From assembly GCF_006345805.1 (NCBI RefSeq), contig NC_043002.1:24800001-24864000 (forward strand): a stretch of DNA of 64,000 nucleotides, written 5' to 3'. Position numbers and translations under genes: made by a program. Below the pieces are notes generated by a model. The model worked only from the letters and a program-made list of their open reading frames with translations, was not told the DNA's origin and made no database searches. The DNA is from Octopus sinensis. Its lineage: Eukaryota. Positions 12,610 to 25,815 of the stretch are shown piece after piece. Numbering within the stretch: position 1 is the stretch's first letter; each line of letters starts with the position of its first letter.

Positions 12610-13900
12610 GTAGCAGGAGTACCCGGCGTTGCCCGAGTGCATTAGTTCGAAAAGGCTTAATAACTAATAAAGCGATTAACACCCACTCCCTTAAGCACCT
12701 TTCACGCTTTATGGCAAGGTGAACACCTAAGTAACTCTTTAAGGGAACCGCACGTGTAATATTACAACAACAATCAAGTGAACAAATAAAGCAACGAAAA
12801 TTATAACAGCAATAATGTAGGACTGAAATATGGCACCAGTACGGTAAGTCTACAAAACTTCCTTATAAACATTTTTAGTTTTCCCCTGGTGAATGAAGGC
12901 ATGTAAACTGTTCCTACAACCCACTCTTGAGCAGCCAATGTACAGTTGACCGTATGAAAAGCATGGTTCGGCTAAGTAAAGTCCAACGACAGACAACGAC
13001 TGCCCCTGGGACTTATTAATGGACTTGACGTAACTGAATCTAATCAGAAACTGAACTCTGCGGAATGTGAACGGTAAGTCAGCAGCTGAAGGCACAAGGA
13101 GAATTCGTGGTATGAAGACGTCTTGACCTTTACCACAGACGGTCATAATCGTTGCTTCAATGACATTGGGAAGTAATTTTGTGATAACAAAGCATGTACC
13201 GTTGCACAATGTCAGTGAATTTAAATTCTTTATTATCATAAGAGGGCTACCTATTTGAAGAGTAAGAATACGTGGAGGTACATCTGAAGGCTCCAAGAAA
13301 TTCAGTGGGATAATCAACTACCTCATCCTAATTGGGAATGGTGTCTACTGACTTAAAACTGCAAACAGAGCTGTTTGTTTCATGAATCAACGCCTGGAGC
13401 TGACATATTAAGGCTAGGACGGTAGCAGGTAAGAAGAACTGCTATCTGGTAGCCTGGTTTGCATAGTCACCAAAGTAGTAAAGTTGTAGAAATTGAGGCA
13501 AGGAAATATCGATTGGCTGAAGAGAACCAAGCATGTGATATATTTGCCCCCGAACTTTAAAGGATGGCATGAATTGTCCTGTAATGATGTTAGCCCTGAA
13601 TGAAGTCATTTGGAAGGCGCAGTTGTAGGTGCGAAAGTGCTTAAGAAATTCAGTAGAGAAAGGCGAAGCCCCAGTCAAAAGGTCAACCAAAAGACTGGGG
13701 GGATTTTCTAATGGAGGTATTTTAATCTTACCATTTGAGCAGCACATGCCTGGGGTTTCCTCGGGTCACTTTTTGGCCTAACAAAAGTTGCAGATCCTAC
13801 TCATTGTGCCAACTGTAATGTCCAATCTGCTGCTGTAGTCACAGCTGGGATCATAAGTGAAAGCCTTTAATGACCAAAACTTGAGGGCCGTTGAAGTCTT
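12610..13900 (-). mobile_element. Internally deleted Helitron (RepHel remnants)
   Basis: 13442-13747 gives the N-terminal CCSNGK...YNCAFQMTSF segment; 12850-13317 gives the PIF1 helicase C-terminus (SINKSQGQSL...GQLYIGCSRV). 3' hairpin ctcgg-gcaacg-ccggg followed by a CTAG-like end (ctac) at ~12610-12638. The 5' boundary is uncertain. Confidence 0.85.
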
Positions 13901-14835
13901 AGCCTGTCAGCTGCAAATGTTATTCCTCTGCCGTTTACCCGAACATTTTTTCGAAATCAATTTATACTTAGAACCTCCTCAGACACATAAGCAGTGTGCG
14001 TGTGAAGTTTATATTTACTTGTTTAAGCGTTGTACTGGATAAATTGAGAAAACAATTAAAATAGTTCAAATACTAAGAAATAAGCATACTCCATTTCATT
14101 TTCACCAATTAATTTACGAAGGAGGGAATGAGTTACTTCCCTTGGAAGCTTTAAAAAAAAAATTACACCTGCTGTTCAACCATGCCCAAATGTTATCATT
14201 TTGTTTTACATATTTCATTTTTATTATTCATCATCAATAGCAACTTCTGCTGAGAAGAATGCATGAGTGTGTATGTTTGTTCCTTTGTGGCAATGTTTGG
14301 TATGTCATGGTTGCTGTGGTTTAGTGCTTTCTTTCTGAAGAGATTTCGCATAAATCTATTCACATATATTTACTTTCACTACTCCCATATACATATGTAT
14401 TGTCATCATTTAACATCCATGTTCCATAGTGGCATGACTTGGACTACTATATACAGTAGTGGTAGGGAACATGTCTAGAATCAGGTGGTGGTGATATCTT
14501 TGCCAGTTCTTCTGTATTACCTTCTGCACTTATGCATACAAGAATATGAGAATTGCCTATAACATAAGCATAAGGCCAAAAACATGTGAGTGGAGAATAG
14601 CTGATTATATCGCCTCCAGTACTTGACTGGTGCTTTAATTGCCTACTCTGGAAGGATGAGTGGCAGAGGTAATCTTATCAGGATTTGAAATCAGAACTTA
14701 AAGGGCATGAATAAATACTACAAGGCATTTGTTCAATGGTCTAGCTATTCTTCCAGTTTACTAAGTATATATAAATAAACATAGTACTTACACACACAGG
14801 TGTGTGTGTGTATATGTATATATATATATATATAC

Positions 14836-15240
14836 TCTTTTTTCTTTTACTTGTTTCAGTCATTTGACTGCGGCCATGCTGGAGCACCACCTTTAGTCAA
14901 GCAAATCGACCCCAGGACTTATTCTTTGTAAGCCTAGTACTTATTCTATCGGTCCCTTTTGCTGAACCGCTAAGTTACGGGGATGTAAACACACCAGCAT
15001 CGGTTGACAAGCGATGCTGGGGGACAAACACAGACATGCAAACATATACACACATACATTTACATATATATATACATATATACAATGGGCTTCTTTCAGA
15101 TTTCGTCTACCAAATCCACTCACAAGGCTTTGGTCGGCCTGAGGCTATAGTAGAAGACACTTGCCCAAGGTGCCACGCAGTGGGGCTGAACCTGGAACCA
15201 TGTGGTTGGTAAGCAAGCTACTTACCACACAGCCACTCCT
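14836..15240 (-). mobile_element. tRNA-derived SINE (family B), near full length
   Basis: Minus strand starts ggagtggctgtgtggtaag (A box) ... ggttcagcccc (B box) and ends in an A-rich tail. Confidence 0.85.
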
Positions 15241-15261
15241 ATATATGATGATATATATATA

Positions 15262-15921
15262 TATCATCATTGTTTAACATCCACTTTCCATGCTGGCATG
15301 GGTTGGATAGTTTGACACGGAGTTGGCTAGCTGGAAGCTGTCCAGACACAAACTGTCAGTTGTTGTGGGTTCTCTGGCTGGATGCCCTTCCAAGTGCTGG
15401 GTGTTTTTTATGAGCCACCAACATGTGTGCTTGTGCAGCACTGGCACATGTGCTTTTTATATGGCACTGCAACTGAAAGGACAAGTCTGTATGTGTGAAA
15501 GACAGTAATTTAACTTAGCTTGATGCATCTTATCAAGTACAGCAAATTGCCATATCTCCCAGTCCCTTGTCTTATGCCTGCTTATACAAATCCAGATCGG
15601 TGGCACTTAAAAACCAACAACTTAACGAGTTCATTGCCAGGCCCGCCATACTGGCTCTGGTGCTGGTGGTACGTAAAAAGCACCAACCAATCCTGACCGA
15701 CGTAAGTACCCCGGTACTGGTGGCACTTAAAAAGCACCATCTGAACTTGATTGTTGCAAGGCCCGCCTAACTGGCTCCTGTGCCAGTGGCATGTAAAAAG
15801 CACCCACTACACTCTCAGAATGGTTGGCGTTAAGATGAACGACCAGCTGCTGACACTCCAAACCTCAAACAGTCCAACCCATGCCAGCATGGAAAACGAA
15901 CATTAATCGATGATGATGATA
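15262..15921. mobile_element. Two RTE-tail elements in opposite orientation
   Basis: (CAT)n-gtttaacatccactttccatgc at the left end; catgccagcatggaaaacgaacattaatc(GAT)n at the right end. Confidence 0.7.
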
Positions 15922-17769
15922 CACTTCATTTTTGTATCTGGTTTGCAAGATTCCTTATGTGAATTTATGTGTTGAAATAGATTTTGTTGTGTCTGGGGAG
16001 AGTCATAGTGCCTTAATATAACATATTCACTTTCCACTCATTTATTTATTTCAGAAAGCTTTTTTGTTACTGCATTTGCAACCATATCGAAGGATTTTGA
16101 CTTTGACTGTCCATTATTGAAGCTTTTTTTTTTTTGAGAAATTGTGTGAGTGTGCTTAGGTATATGTGTATATGCATGTATCTTATATATTCGTGTTTGT
16201 GTGCATGCCTTTGTGTATGTATGTGAGTGTAACTCTGCTTCCTTGCATGTGCATGTTTGAGTATGTCTATGTGTATGAGTATGTATGTGCACCTGTTATG
16301 TGTGCATGTGTGTCTCCAAATGTCTTTGTATAATCTCTTAAGATATTTCCTAACATTTTCTTGTCCCCACTTGTGCGCCCTGATCCTGTCCTTTTTGTAT
16401 CATTTGGAAAACTTCATACAGTAAATGGAATCTTGTGTATATTTATTTTACAAGTTTAGCAAAAGAGGAATATAATTTTCATTATCTTTAATAAGTTTAC
16501 CTTTAATATATTTTTATATACAACAGAGTTTTTGTAAACTAAATATTTAATGGAAATGGGGTTCCATTAATGTGACTGGAAGAGCTGTATTTTGTCATTT
16601 ATTGTTTCAAGCCAGTTTATTATCAAGGACAGGCAAGCAATTATTTGTATGTTTGGATAGGTAGTCTATTGTAACTCAGATGAATGGAGCTCACTAAAAG
16701 CAGGAAGCTTTCTGAGTTTATAGCTATTGTTTTGTGAGGCCTTAACTAGAAGATTTATACAGTCTATATATAAGATCCGTTTAATCATAGTTAAGGGATT
16801 CTCTTCTAAACATTGCCTAAGTCTTCTATTCCAACAAACCACAAAGAGGCTGATCACATCTCCAGCAATACTGATAATGATGACAGCTCCATTTTTCATG
16901 TGTAATTTGTAGTTGAATCTAAATCTATCACCTTTCAATGCATGATCACCTTGCTCGACCAATTATAGTTTTCTGGAGTTTGGATGGGTTTATTGTCATG
17001 AATCAACCTATACACGAAAATGAAATGTTTTTATTGATTTTAAAATATTGTAAAAGAGTTACTTTCAAAATTTTTCTTGCTTTGAGCATGGCCTTATGGT
17101 AGATGAGGTTATTTTCTGCATGTCTTCTTGCATCAGTCCAATTCCTTGAAAATTAAGGTCTTGCAGAAAGCAAAGAAAACTTTGAATATCAATGAGATTG
17201 AGCAGAAAGAAAATTGAAAAAGTTTGTACTGTAAATTGTTCCAAACTCTCTGAGTCAGTTTATATTACCCTTGTTCAGTGGGGTTCTTTTTTTTTTTTTT
17301 TACTGTTGAGGTTATGGTAGGTAGTCTGCCTTGATCAAATCTGGTGAGGTAAAATGTTTTTTTTTATTTCATATCTATCTAGTCATTGACATTGTTTTAG
17401 GAAAAGATCCAGTTTTAATTGATATCGAGTGTAGAACTCTACCTCACTTTCATAAATAGTCTCCACAGCAAAATTAATGATTACAAATACCACTTAAATC
17501 CAAATGAACACCCATAAACACACAAAATTCAAAAGTACTGAAGAAAAAACAATGTATCTCGTTTGTGGCTGTAACAGACCAGAAGTGGATGGTAAGAAAA
17601 AAACTCAAGCAAACTAATTAGATGATTGAATAAGAAATGGCCTAGATAATTGTTTAATTAGTTAATTAATAATAACAAAAAAAGAAGCAAAATTTAACTA
17701 GCGTGTAATTTTATTGGTAAAATTACTCCTACTGATAGTACAACACACACACATTAGAATAAGAACAGG

Positions 17770-18200
17770 ATGGAGAAAGCTGAGAGAACTTTTGTCTGTT
17801 GGCAACCAAAGGTTCTTTCCTCCAAGTGAAAGGAAGGTTGTATGATGCATGTATAAGAACAGCAATACTATAAGGTAGAGAGATATGAGCCTTGAATACA
17901 GAGGACATGAGCAAGCTAGAGAGGAATGAAGTTAGTATGCTCCACTAGATGTGCAATGTCAATGTACATGTGTGACAGAGTGCAAGTATATTGAGAGAAA
18001 AGTTAAGCATAAGAGGAATTAGATGTAGTGCGCAAAAGAGCAGACTGTGCTGGTTTTGTCATGTGATGCATATGGATGAGGACAGCAGCATAAATCAAGT
18101 CAATGTACAACTACACAGGTTTGGGTCAGTGATGTTATTTAAAAAGGATATATTGGATGAGAAAATTCCATGCGCTGACAGTGGAGAATAGAAAGAAGAG
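17770..18200 (+). mobile_element. RTE LINE C-terminal fragment in the ZNF2 3' region
   Basis: Homologous to 39600-39950 (VKGRLYDAC..TA.L.G.E.W; REKLSIRGIRC...RLCWFCHVMHMDEDS). Confidence 0.75.
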
Positions 18201-18218
18201 GTAATATCAGAATGTGGG

Positions 18219-18428
18219 ATGGTGAAATGGCAGAATTGTTAGCATGTTGGGCAAAAAACTTAATGGCTTTCAGTCTGTTTTTATGTTAGGAGTTCAAATT
18301 CCACTGAGGCTGACTTTGCCTTTCATCCTTTCAGGGTTGATAAAATAAATACCATTTGAGGACTGGGATTGATGCAATCAGCTTGCCCTCTTCCTAACAC
18401 CGCTGACATTGCGCTAAAATTCGAAACC
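18219..18428 (+). mobile_element. SINE family A with 16-bp target-site duplication
   Basis: aatatcagaatgtggg at 18203-18218 and 18429-18444 flank tggcagaa...gagttcaaattcc. Confidence 0.85.
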
Positions 18429-18524
18429 AATATCAGAATGTGGGTCCCACAGACCAGATAGCAATGAATCGAGATAAAATGTCAATGTACTGTAAGAAAA
18501 CCACGTCAATGAGGATGACAAAAA

Positions 18525-20081
18525 TTAAAATGGTGTGGTTGAAGAAGATTTCTTTCCTGTATGAATTATGAAATGCTTATTTAAGTCACCTTTATACCAG
18601 AAAGCTTTACCACAGACTTCACATTTGTGTGTTTTGTCACTTGTATGAGTTACATAATGTTTCTTTAAGTCTTTAATACACAAATAGGATTTAGGACAAA
18701 GCTCACACTGAAAGGGCCTCTCTCCTGAATGAAGTAACTTATGTTTTTTCAAGGTAGAACTTTCTGAAAAAGTTTTATCACAATCTTCACAGTAGTATTG
18801 TTTCTCTCCTGTGTGGACCTTTCTATGTCTATCTTTGTTTGATTTTAATGAAAATGATTTACCACAAATGTCACAACTAAATGGTCTCTCTCCACTATGA
18901 ACCACTCTATGGTTCTTCAAGTAATCATTGCACGAGAAAGATTTACCACAAGTTTCACAGATGTAAGGTTTCTCTCCAGTATGAAGGGCTTTATGCCTCT
19001 TTAAATTATGACTTTTTGCAAATACTTTATCACAAATATCACACTTTTGTGTATGGAGCATCTTATGCTTTATTAAATCAGCGTTATCCCAGAAAGTATT
19101 ACCACAAAAGTTACAGTAATAAGGTTTCACACCTGTGTGAGCCATTTTATGCTTAGTTAAATCGCTTTTTCTAGGGAATGATGTATCACAAACTTCACAT
19201 TCATATATTTTATCTCCAGTATGAATCAACATATGCTGCTTTAATCCACTGTTAATTGGAAAAGTTTTACCACAAATTTCACAGTGGAATGGTTTCTCCC
19301 CTGTATGAATCATGATATGCCTTTTTAGAGTAGAACGTCTGTTAAAAGATTTGCTGCACACATCACATGTATATGGTTTCTCTGTTGTATGAACAAGTTG
19401 ATGGTCCATTAAGATACTTTTGTAAGCAAATATTTTACCACAGATGTCACAATGATATGGACTTTCCCCAGTATGAATCATTCTGTGCTTCTTCAAGTAA
19501 CAATCACTGAAAAACATTTTCCCACAAATTTCACAAAAAAATGGTTTCTGCCCAGTGTGAATCATCTTATGCTTTGTTAAGTCATTTCTTCTGGAGAAGG
19601 CTTTGTCACAAAAGTCACATTTGTATAATTTTTCCCCTGTATGAAGCACTATATGTTGTTTTAATACACCTTTACTTGAGAAGCATTTACCACAAATTTC
19701 ACAGCGGAAGGGCCTCTCTCCTGAATGAACTAAAAGATGGTATTTCAAAGCACCATTTCGAGAGAAAGTTTTATCACAAATCTCACAGTGGAATGGTTTC
19801 TCTCCTGTGTGAATAATTTTATGTTTCTTTAAGTTAGGACTTCTTTTGAAAGTTTTACCACAAACATCACATTTGTATGGTTTCTCTACAGTATGAACAA
19901 GTTTATGTGACTTTAAATAAGTATTAGATATAAATGTTTTACTACATATATTACAGTGATATAGTGTCTCTTCAGTATGAGGCTGCTTATGTAAATCAAA
20001 ATGTGAAATGCATGAGAACTTTTTATTACAAATCTCACAGTAGTATTTTGTCTCTTCTGCATCAACCATAGAGTCTTCCAT
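18525..20081 (-). CDS. Tandem C2H2 zinc-finger protein, 518 aa, 18 fingers, no effector domain
   Basis: Intact ORF with 18 CxxC...HxxxH motifs and TGEKP-type linkers; short TQK linker between fingers 12 and 13. Confidence 0.93.
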   Translation of the reverse strand: MEDSMVDAEETKYYCEICNKKFSCISHFDLHKQPHTEETLYHCNICSKTFISNTYLKSHKLVHTVEKPYKCDVCGKTFKRSPNLKKHKIIHTGEKPFHCEICDKTFSRNGALKYHLLVHSGERPFRCEICGKCFSSKGVLKQHIVLHTGEKLYKCDFCDKAFSRRNDLTKHKMIHTGQKPFFCEICGKMFFSDCYLKKHRMIHTGESPYHCDICGKIFAYKSILMDHQLVHTTEKPYTCDVCSKSFNRRSTLKRHIMIHTGEKPFHCEICGKTFPINSGLKQHMLIHTGDKIYECEVCDTSFPRKSDLTKHKMAHTGVKPYYCNFCGNTFWDNADLIKHKMLHTQKCDICDKVFAKSHNLKRHKALHTGEKPYICETCGKSFSCNDYLKNHRVVHSGERPFSCDICGKSFSLKSNKDRHRKVHTGEKQYYCEDCDKTFSESSTLKKHKLLHSGERPFQCELCPKSYLCIKDLKKHYVTHTSDKTHKCEVCGKAFWYKGDLNKHFIIHTGKKSSSTTPF

Positions 20082-20253
20082 TATACTGTTATGCTTTCTA
20101 ACAATGCAACTTTAAATACTTACAATATGACTGTACTTTCAACAGACAAGATAAGTTTTCAATTTTCTATAAATTCTGCAGTGTATATTTTAGTTAACAC
20201 AGTTCAATGATTCCATCTTCATTTAGAAATAGTTTTCATGATACAAACAATTC

Positions 20254-20279
20254 CTGAAATATAAGAAAACTGACATTAG
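20254..20279 (-). promoter_or_regulatory. Splice acceptor upstream of the ZNF2 coding exon
   Basis: Minus strand reads CTAATgtcagttttcttatatttcAG|G (branch point, pyrimidine tract, AG). A candidate donor CAG|GTAAAA lies at 21617/21616. Confidence 0.55.
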
Positions 20280-21517
20280 CATGGAGTTAACTATAATAAC
20301 TTCAGTAATATAAAACTGAATATCTATAGCAGGATAATATTTAATAGGAAACCAGTTTAAAAAACTAATGGTACAGCAAAAAAAAAAAGTTCTTAACATG
20401 TGTAAGATTAAGTACAAATTCATTGGCTTTTCTTTGAAATTCAAAGTCAATATAAATTCTAAAACATCATCTCATAAAACAAGGAAATGTGTAAGAGCTG
20501 CGGAAATACAAATCTTGAGGAAGATATGAAGACAAACTAGCAAGTTTGTATGGGCAGTGAGAATTTCAGAGTTAGTGGACAAGTAGCTTTGAAGTTGAAC
20601 TGTTATTTACCACAGATAAATGAAACTAAAAATTAATGGTGTTAAGTGTATGAAAATTGTAAAGATACAGATCTCGCAGATGCATGATGAAGCCAAGCTA
20701 GATAGTCATACAAAGCATCAAGGATTCCAAAGCTTAATAATTTATGGTATTATCTTATTTTTATTTTAACATACTGTAATGCTAAATAATTTAAGAAGGC
20801 AAAACTAACAGTGGTGAGTCATACGAAAATTTAACTGTGAAAGTCACTAGCAAGAAGAGTTTTAATATATGAAAGGAATCATGACATAACAACCAAACTA
20901 TTGGTAATAGAGTTTTTTAGAATAAGGCATTACAAAGAATCTTGGAGATCAAATGGTATGATTTTGTAGGAAATAAAATGGGTCAAGACAACGAAAGTGC
21001 CGTACACAGATGAAGAAATGAGAAGTAGATAATGTATCTGAAGGTTGGGTAATATGCCAAGTAGTAGAACGGACTGTCAAAGGACCAGAAGGAGGGAAAA
21101 ACTTAGGCCCACTTGACTGAAGACAATGCAATGCAGATAGGACATTAAGAATGGGCAACAAAATAGACAAAACTGGCAGAAATGCATTGTGGCCCTTTCC
21201 ATTAAATGGCATTGGAGGCTTTCTGCTAGTTAATTTTTATAATTAATATAGTTAACGAAATGCATTTAAAAGATCATAAATGTACTTTACAAGTGAGTGA
21301 AGTTGTAAAGTCATGCAGTTACCGAATTAGTTTGATTATAAGCATAAACTTCAAGGAATGCATTGAGTACTCTTTCCCACCAGTTCTAGACACAAACGTA
21401 TTTATTTAACATGATTATATGTACATCTTCATGGAGTTAACAGTTTTTTCGGCATTCTTTCGATATAACTCGACAAAATAAAAAACATTCACTTCGGGTA
21501 TTTCCGTGGGTTGTGGA

Positions 21518-21551
<34 letters not shown>

Positions 21552-24009
21552 CGAAATTATGCCAGCAATGTCTCATTTAAACTTGAAGAAAAAAAGCCTT
21601 TCATATTTGTTTTTACCTGTTTCATGTGTGTATGTAAAATCCGCAAATTTCCAAGCAGAAAGCAGAATCGAACTGTCATTTTCTTCCACGGAAATACCAG
21701 TGAAATGTTTTGATTTTGTCGAATTATATCGAAGGAATGCCTTTTTTCTGATGTCTACTTAGATTTTAACCTAAATAAAGTGCCAGTTCAGGGCGAGGAA
21801 TTTGCAAGTTGGACAAAATATGCCTTGCGTTATCTGTACTGGTTCTTTATTTTCAGCTACCGTTAACTTTACTTTTTATCGTTTATTCGTCGATAAAATA
21901 AACTACTAGCCAAGAACTGTTGTCGACTTAATCGACTAATCCCTCCAAATTTCTGATTTGTGCCCGTAGAGACAGCTATTTAGATTAGTTATTTACGTTC
22001 TAAGTTCGTTTGCAACTCTACTGATGCAAACTAAATCGATCCTTGCCTTTTCCTTGGGCAACATCAGTAGCACGGAGCAAAGAAACTAATACAGTAACTC
22101 TTTCCCCAGGGGCAGATTTTCTTTTTATCATAGTCAATCCCTGGCCATCAGACATCATTCAAGAATCGAGCCGACTTTATTATAGGCCACACAGTATTTG
22201 TTGATAAGTTGGTGGGTGAATAATTCATATATATTTCACAAGAGCTGTACACATCCATTTAGATAGATGTACCTCACACCAATGAATCAAGTCTTACGAA
22301 TCAGTCCACTATATTGAGGGAGCACAAATTTGAGAACATATTGTTAGTAGTTCTTGAGTGTTTTAGCGGAGTTATAAGCATTCGAACTAGACCTCCGATC
22401 TTCCAGTATTGTAGTATAGTTTCAAGAGTGTTTACATTTCTCAATTACCATCTACGGCAATCCCTTGATACTGTTTAAGTAAACTCATATAACATTTAAA
22501 ATGTCAGTCTTCACAAAACGCATTACCGAAACATAGATAACAATAAAATACATCTGTAAACTACTAACACAACAACTATATATGCTAAATAAATCAGACA
22601 AAAGATATCTTACATCAACACTGCTTCTTCTGGTCTCAGTTTCTTTCTCTTTTTAAATAACACATCGTTTAAGTACCGAGGGAACTTCTACGTGCAAGAA
22701 ATAACAGCCAAATCTACCCCTATTGTCTTAGAAATAGGGACGGAACATTGGCTAGCAATTACAATAAGATGGTAGCGTGTATTTCCCGAAATAGCTAGAT
22801 AGTCTATACCTGGGAAAAATATGAGAAAGTCAAGGCTGGAATGTGTTTGATCAAAGATGAAAATAGCTAAACAACAATAAGAACAATATATTCACTATTT
22901 ACACATAAACGACTGGATTCCAAAGAGGTGGTGTAACACGGTCTGGCTGACCGGTAAAGAAGACAAAAGTAAGCGATCATTGCCAGCACATGGCTAAACT
23001 AAGTAATAACGATTCCTGTCAACAACGGATGAGATATTCAAGAAGGAATATCTGACCTTTCACCTGAACCTGGTGGGAGCTTTAACCGTTCGACTTACAA
23101 GATACAGTCGTCATATTTCCTTCAAATAACATCCTTCTCTCTTTCAAAGAGGGATATATTAGATGATGAAGTCCGGGAATTCTTTGTTTGTTAATTTGTC
23201 AGGCAGATAATTTCTTTCCTGTGGTAGCGATGCTGTTTTTTTGTTTCTTGTTCTTTTATGGTAATCATAGGCCGGCTTCTTTTGTGCGGTCGAGTTTTGT
23301 TGTTAACTTTGAATTTTTTTTTAATTAAGAGGTAGAATAACATAGATCGTTAAATAAGCCTTTTTTTCCCCGTTAAGATTCGAGAGAATTTTTCAAAATA
23401 CCATTTTTTTGCGAAGACCGGAGATTAAGCGACAGAAAAATGAGGTCACTGGTAGCTAAAGAGTTAGTGGTGAGTATTAGTAGCAAATTTACTTTAGAAC
23501 TGATCATCAATTTTTATTTTTTTTAATTTTTTGTTTTTAGATAAAAAAAAAAATGAAAATATTAATTTTAGATAATATTCAAATAAAATATATTGTTTTA
23601 TATGATAAAATAAGAAAAAAATTCTGGTTTATCTCTCGGTCGAAGTTAGAAATTATTTCGTAAAATAACCTGAAATTATCATCTCAAACATTTCATTCAC
23701 TTAGTACATGCCATTAAACTTCAATATTCAGCAAGATTGCTCCGTTGCTTTGGGTATAGAATCCTTTCCTTTCGTATCAGTAACAACGATATTTTACTGT
23801 TTCCAGCAAAATGATAGAGCTACTGTTTTATAAAATTCAGTCACTAAGAATCAGGGCTTACCTCATGATGTCTTCTGAAGAGATTAACATTCTTAGTCGC
23901 CAAGCTCTAGAAACATTCCAAGTTGCAGCCAAGCTTGAGAATTCAAAAGGTCCGAGTGATATAATCTTTTAGTCATACTTTTCACCTGTATCGTTTTACT
24001 ATTACAAAT

Positions 24010-24870
24010 CAAGAAGATAATGGTGCACTTGCTTTTACTGACACAAAAAGGGAAAGATGCAGAGAAATATTACAAGAGGTTGCTAAATGGTAAGAATGCA
24101 TTAAAGAGGCACCAGCTCTTAACAGATTTACAATTGGTAGCACAGTTAAGGATATGAATTCATAGAAAGCAGCTGGACAATTAAGGATAGTTGCTAAGAC
24201 ATTGAAAATATCTAGTGAAGTAGGACATAGCCACTCACAGAGTCAATCAAGTTGGAGTGTCAAACATATGACTGGCATAATCAGTGGTTCCCAAAGTGGG
24301 TGGTTAAAGATCCAGTGGGAGCGCATTGAAGAAAATTGGGATGATAACGAGGTAGCCGAAAGGGGGCAATGAATATAAAAAAAAAGAAAATAATGGGTTA
24401 ATTAGGTTAAGTTTTATTTGTAAAATATGGTTGTTTTGAATTTGCTTCAGAAAGTGGGCTGTGTTTGTGGTGGTGAGTGGGAGGGGGTGCTAGGAATGTA
24501 GCCTGGGAGCTAAGTGGACACCCAGCCTGGAAAAAGTTTGGGAACCACTGGACTAGTTTAAGAAAGGGGTAGAGTTACAGCACAACTTACTTGAGAGAAA
24601 ATCACTTAGATGAGATGTAATTCAGGTTTGTGCAAAATCAAAAGTATCATCAATGTCTTCTTCCAAGCATAACAATTGCAAAATAAGTTCGTAGCTAAGA
24701 GTAATCCACTATACCTAGCATTTGTCAGTCTGCAGAAGAATACCACCAGCTGTAGCCTGGTGATTGCTAAGAAAACATATGTACATGGCTTGTAAGGGAT
24801 CTGCAAGCCTGATACAAAAATGTCATTAGCTAGGAAGGAATTAGTAATGACTTCAGTGTGCAGGTAGCTA
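24010..24870 (+). mobile_element. Old RTE LINE fragment interrupted by a MITE
   Basis: Degenerate DNGALAFTD... and LDEM*FRFV...QLQNKFVAKSNPLYLAFVSLQK, matching the RTE RT region. Confidence 0.6.
24282..24550. mobile_element. hAT (Charlie-like) MITE
   Basis: 14-bp TIRs CAGTGGTTCCCAAA / TTTGGGAACCACTG; 8-bp TSD not recognisable. Confidence 0.75.
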
Positions 24871-25016
24871 TTCATCAAGGTTTGGTTCTTAGCACTACCT
24901 GTTTGTTATACTTCTTGGCTGAGGAATTTAAGACCAACTGCTCATGGAAACTTCTGCTTGCTGAATCTGTCAAAGATTCATGAGAAATTCCAACAACATC
25001 ATTGAAATTGAAAACA

Positions 25017-25423
25017 ACATCATCATTATCATCATCATTTAATGTCCATTGTCCATGCTGGTGTGAGTTGGATGGTTTGACGGGGCTGGTAAACTGGAAG
25101 ACTGCACCAGGTTCCAGTCTGATTTCACATGGTTTTCATCAGCTGGATGCCCTTCCTAATGCCAACAACTCTGAGAGTATAATGGGTACTTTTACATACC
25201 AACGACACAGGTGCTATTTGCCTGACACTGGTATCTGCCACGACTGTGATTTTACTCAGTTTGATGTGTCTTCTTTTCAAGCACAACATAATGCCACAGG
25301 TCTCAGTCATTGCCTCCGTGAGGCCCAACACTCAAAAGGAACTTGACCTCTTTGCCTCCAAGGGGCCAAACACTCGAAAGGAACTCAGCCACCTTACCTC
25401 CATGAGGTCCAACACACACACAC

Positions 25424-25468
<45 letters not shown>

Positions 25469-25815
25469 TATAACTGTGCCAGGATCCAGTCTGATTTGGC
25501 ATAGCCTTCCTCAGCTGGATGTCCCTCCCTATGCCAACCACTCCGAGAGTGCAATGGATGCTTTTTATGTGCCATTTGTGTGACACTGATATCAGCCATG
25601 ACTGCGACCCTGCTCGATTTGATCAGTCCTCTTCTAAAGCTCAACATATATGTCTACATACATGTATGCTGTCATCACCATTGTCATCATTTAACATCCA
25701 TCTTCCATGGGCCGGATGGTTTAACAAGATCTAATGAGCCGGAGGAATGTAGTGAGCTCCAATCCCTGTCTTGGCATGGTTTCTATGACTTGATGCCCTT
25801 CTTAATGTCAACCTG
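25017..25815 (-). mobile_element. Cluster of RTE-tail/SINE fragments
   Basis: (CAT)n-tttaatgtccattgtccatgc, cagctggatgcccttcctaatgccaac motifs, interspersed with (TA)n. Confidence 0.65.

Noticed and set aside
12850-13317. Host PIF1 helicase gene
   Set aside because: Partial and degenerate, flanked by a Helitron N-terminal segment and 3' hairpin.
23860-24900. Minus-strand upstream coding exons for ZNF2
   Set aside because: Splice-like motifs are present, but much of the region is a decayed plus-strand RTE and a hAT MITE; no convincing reading frame.
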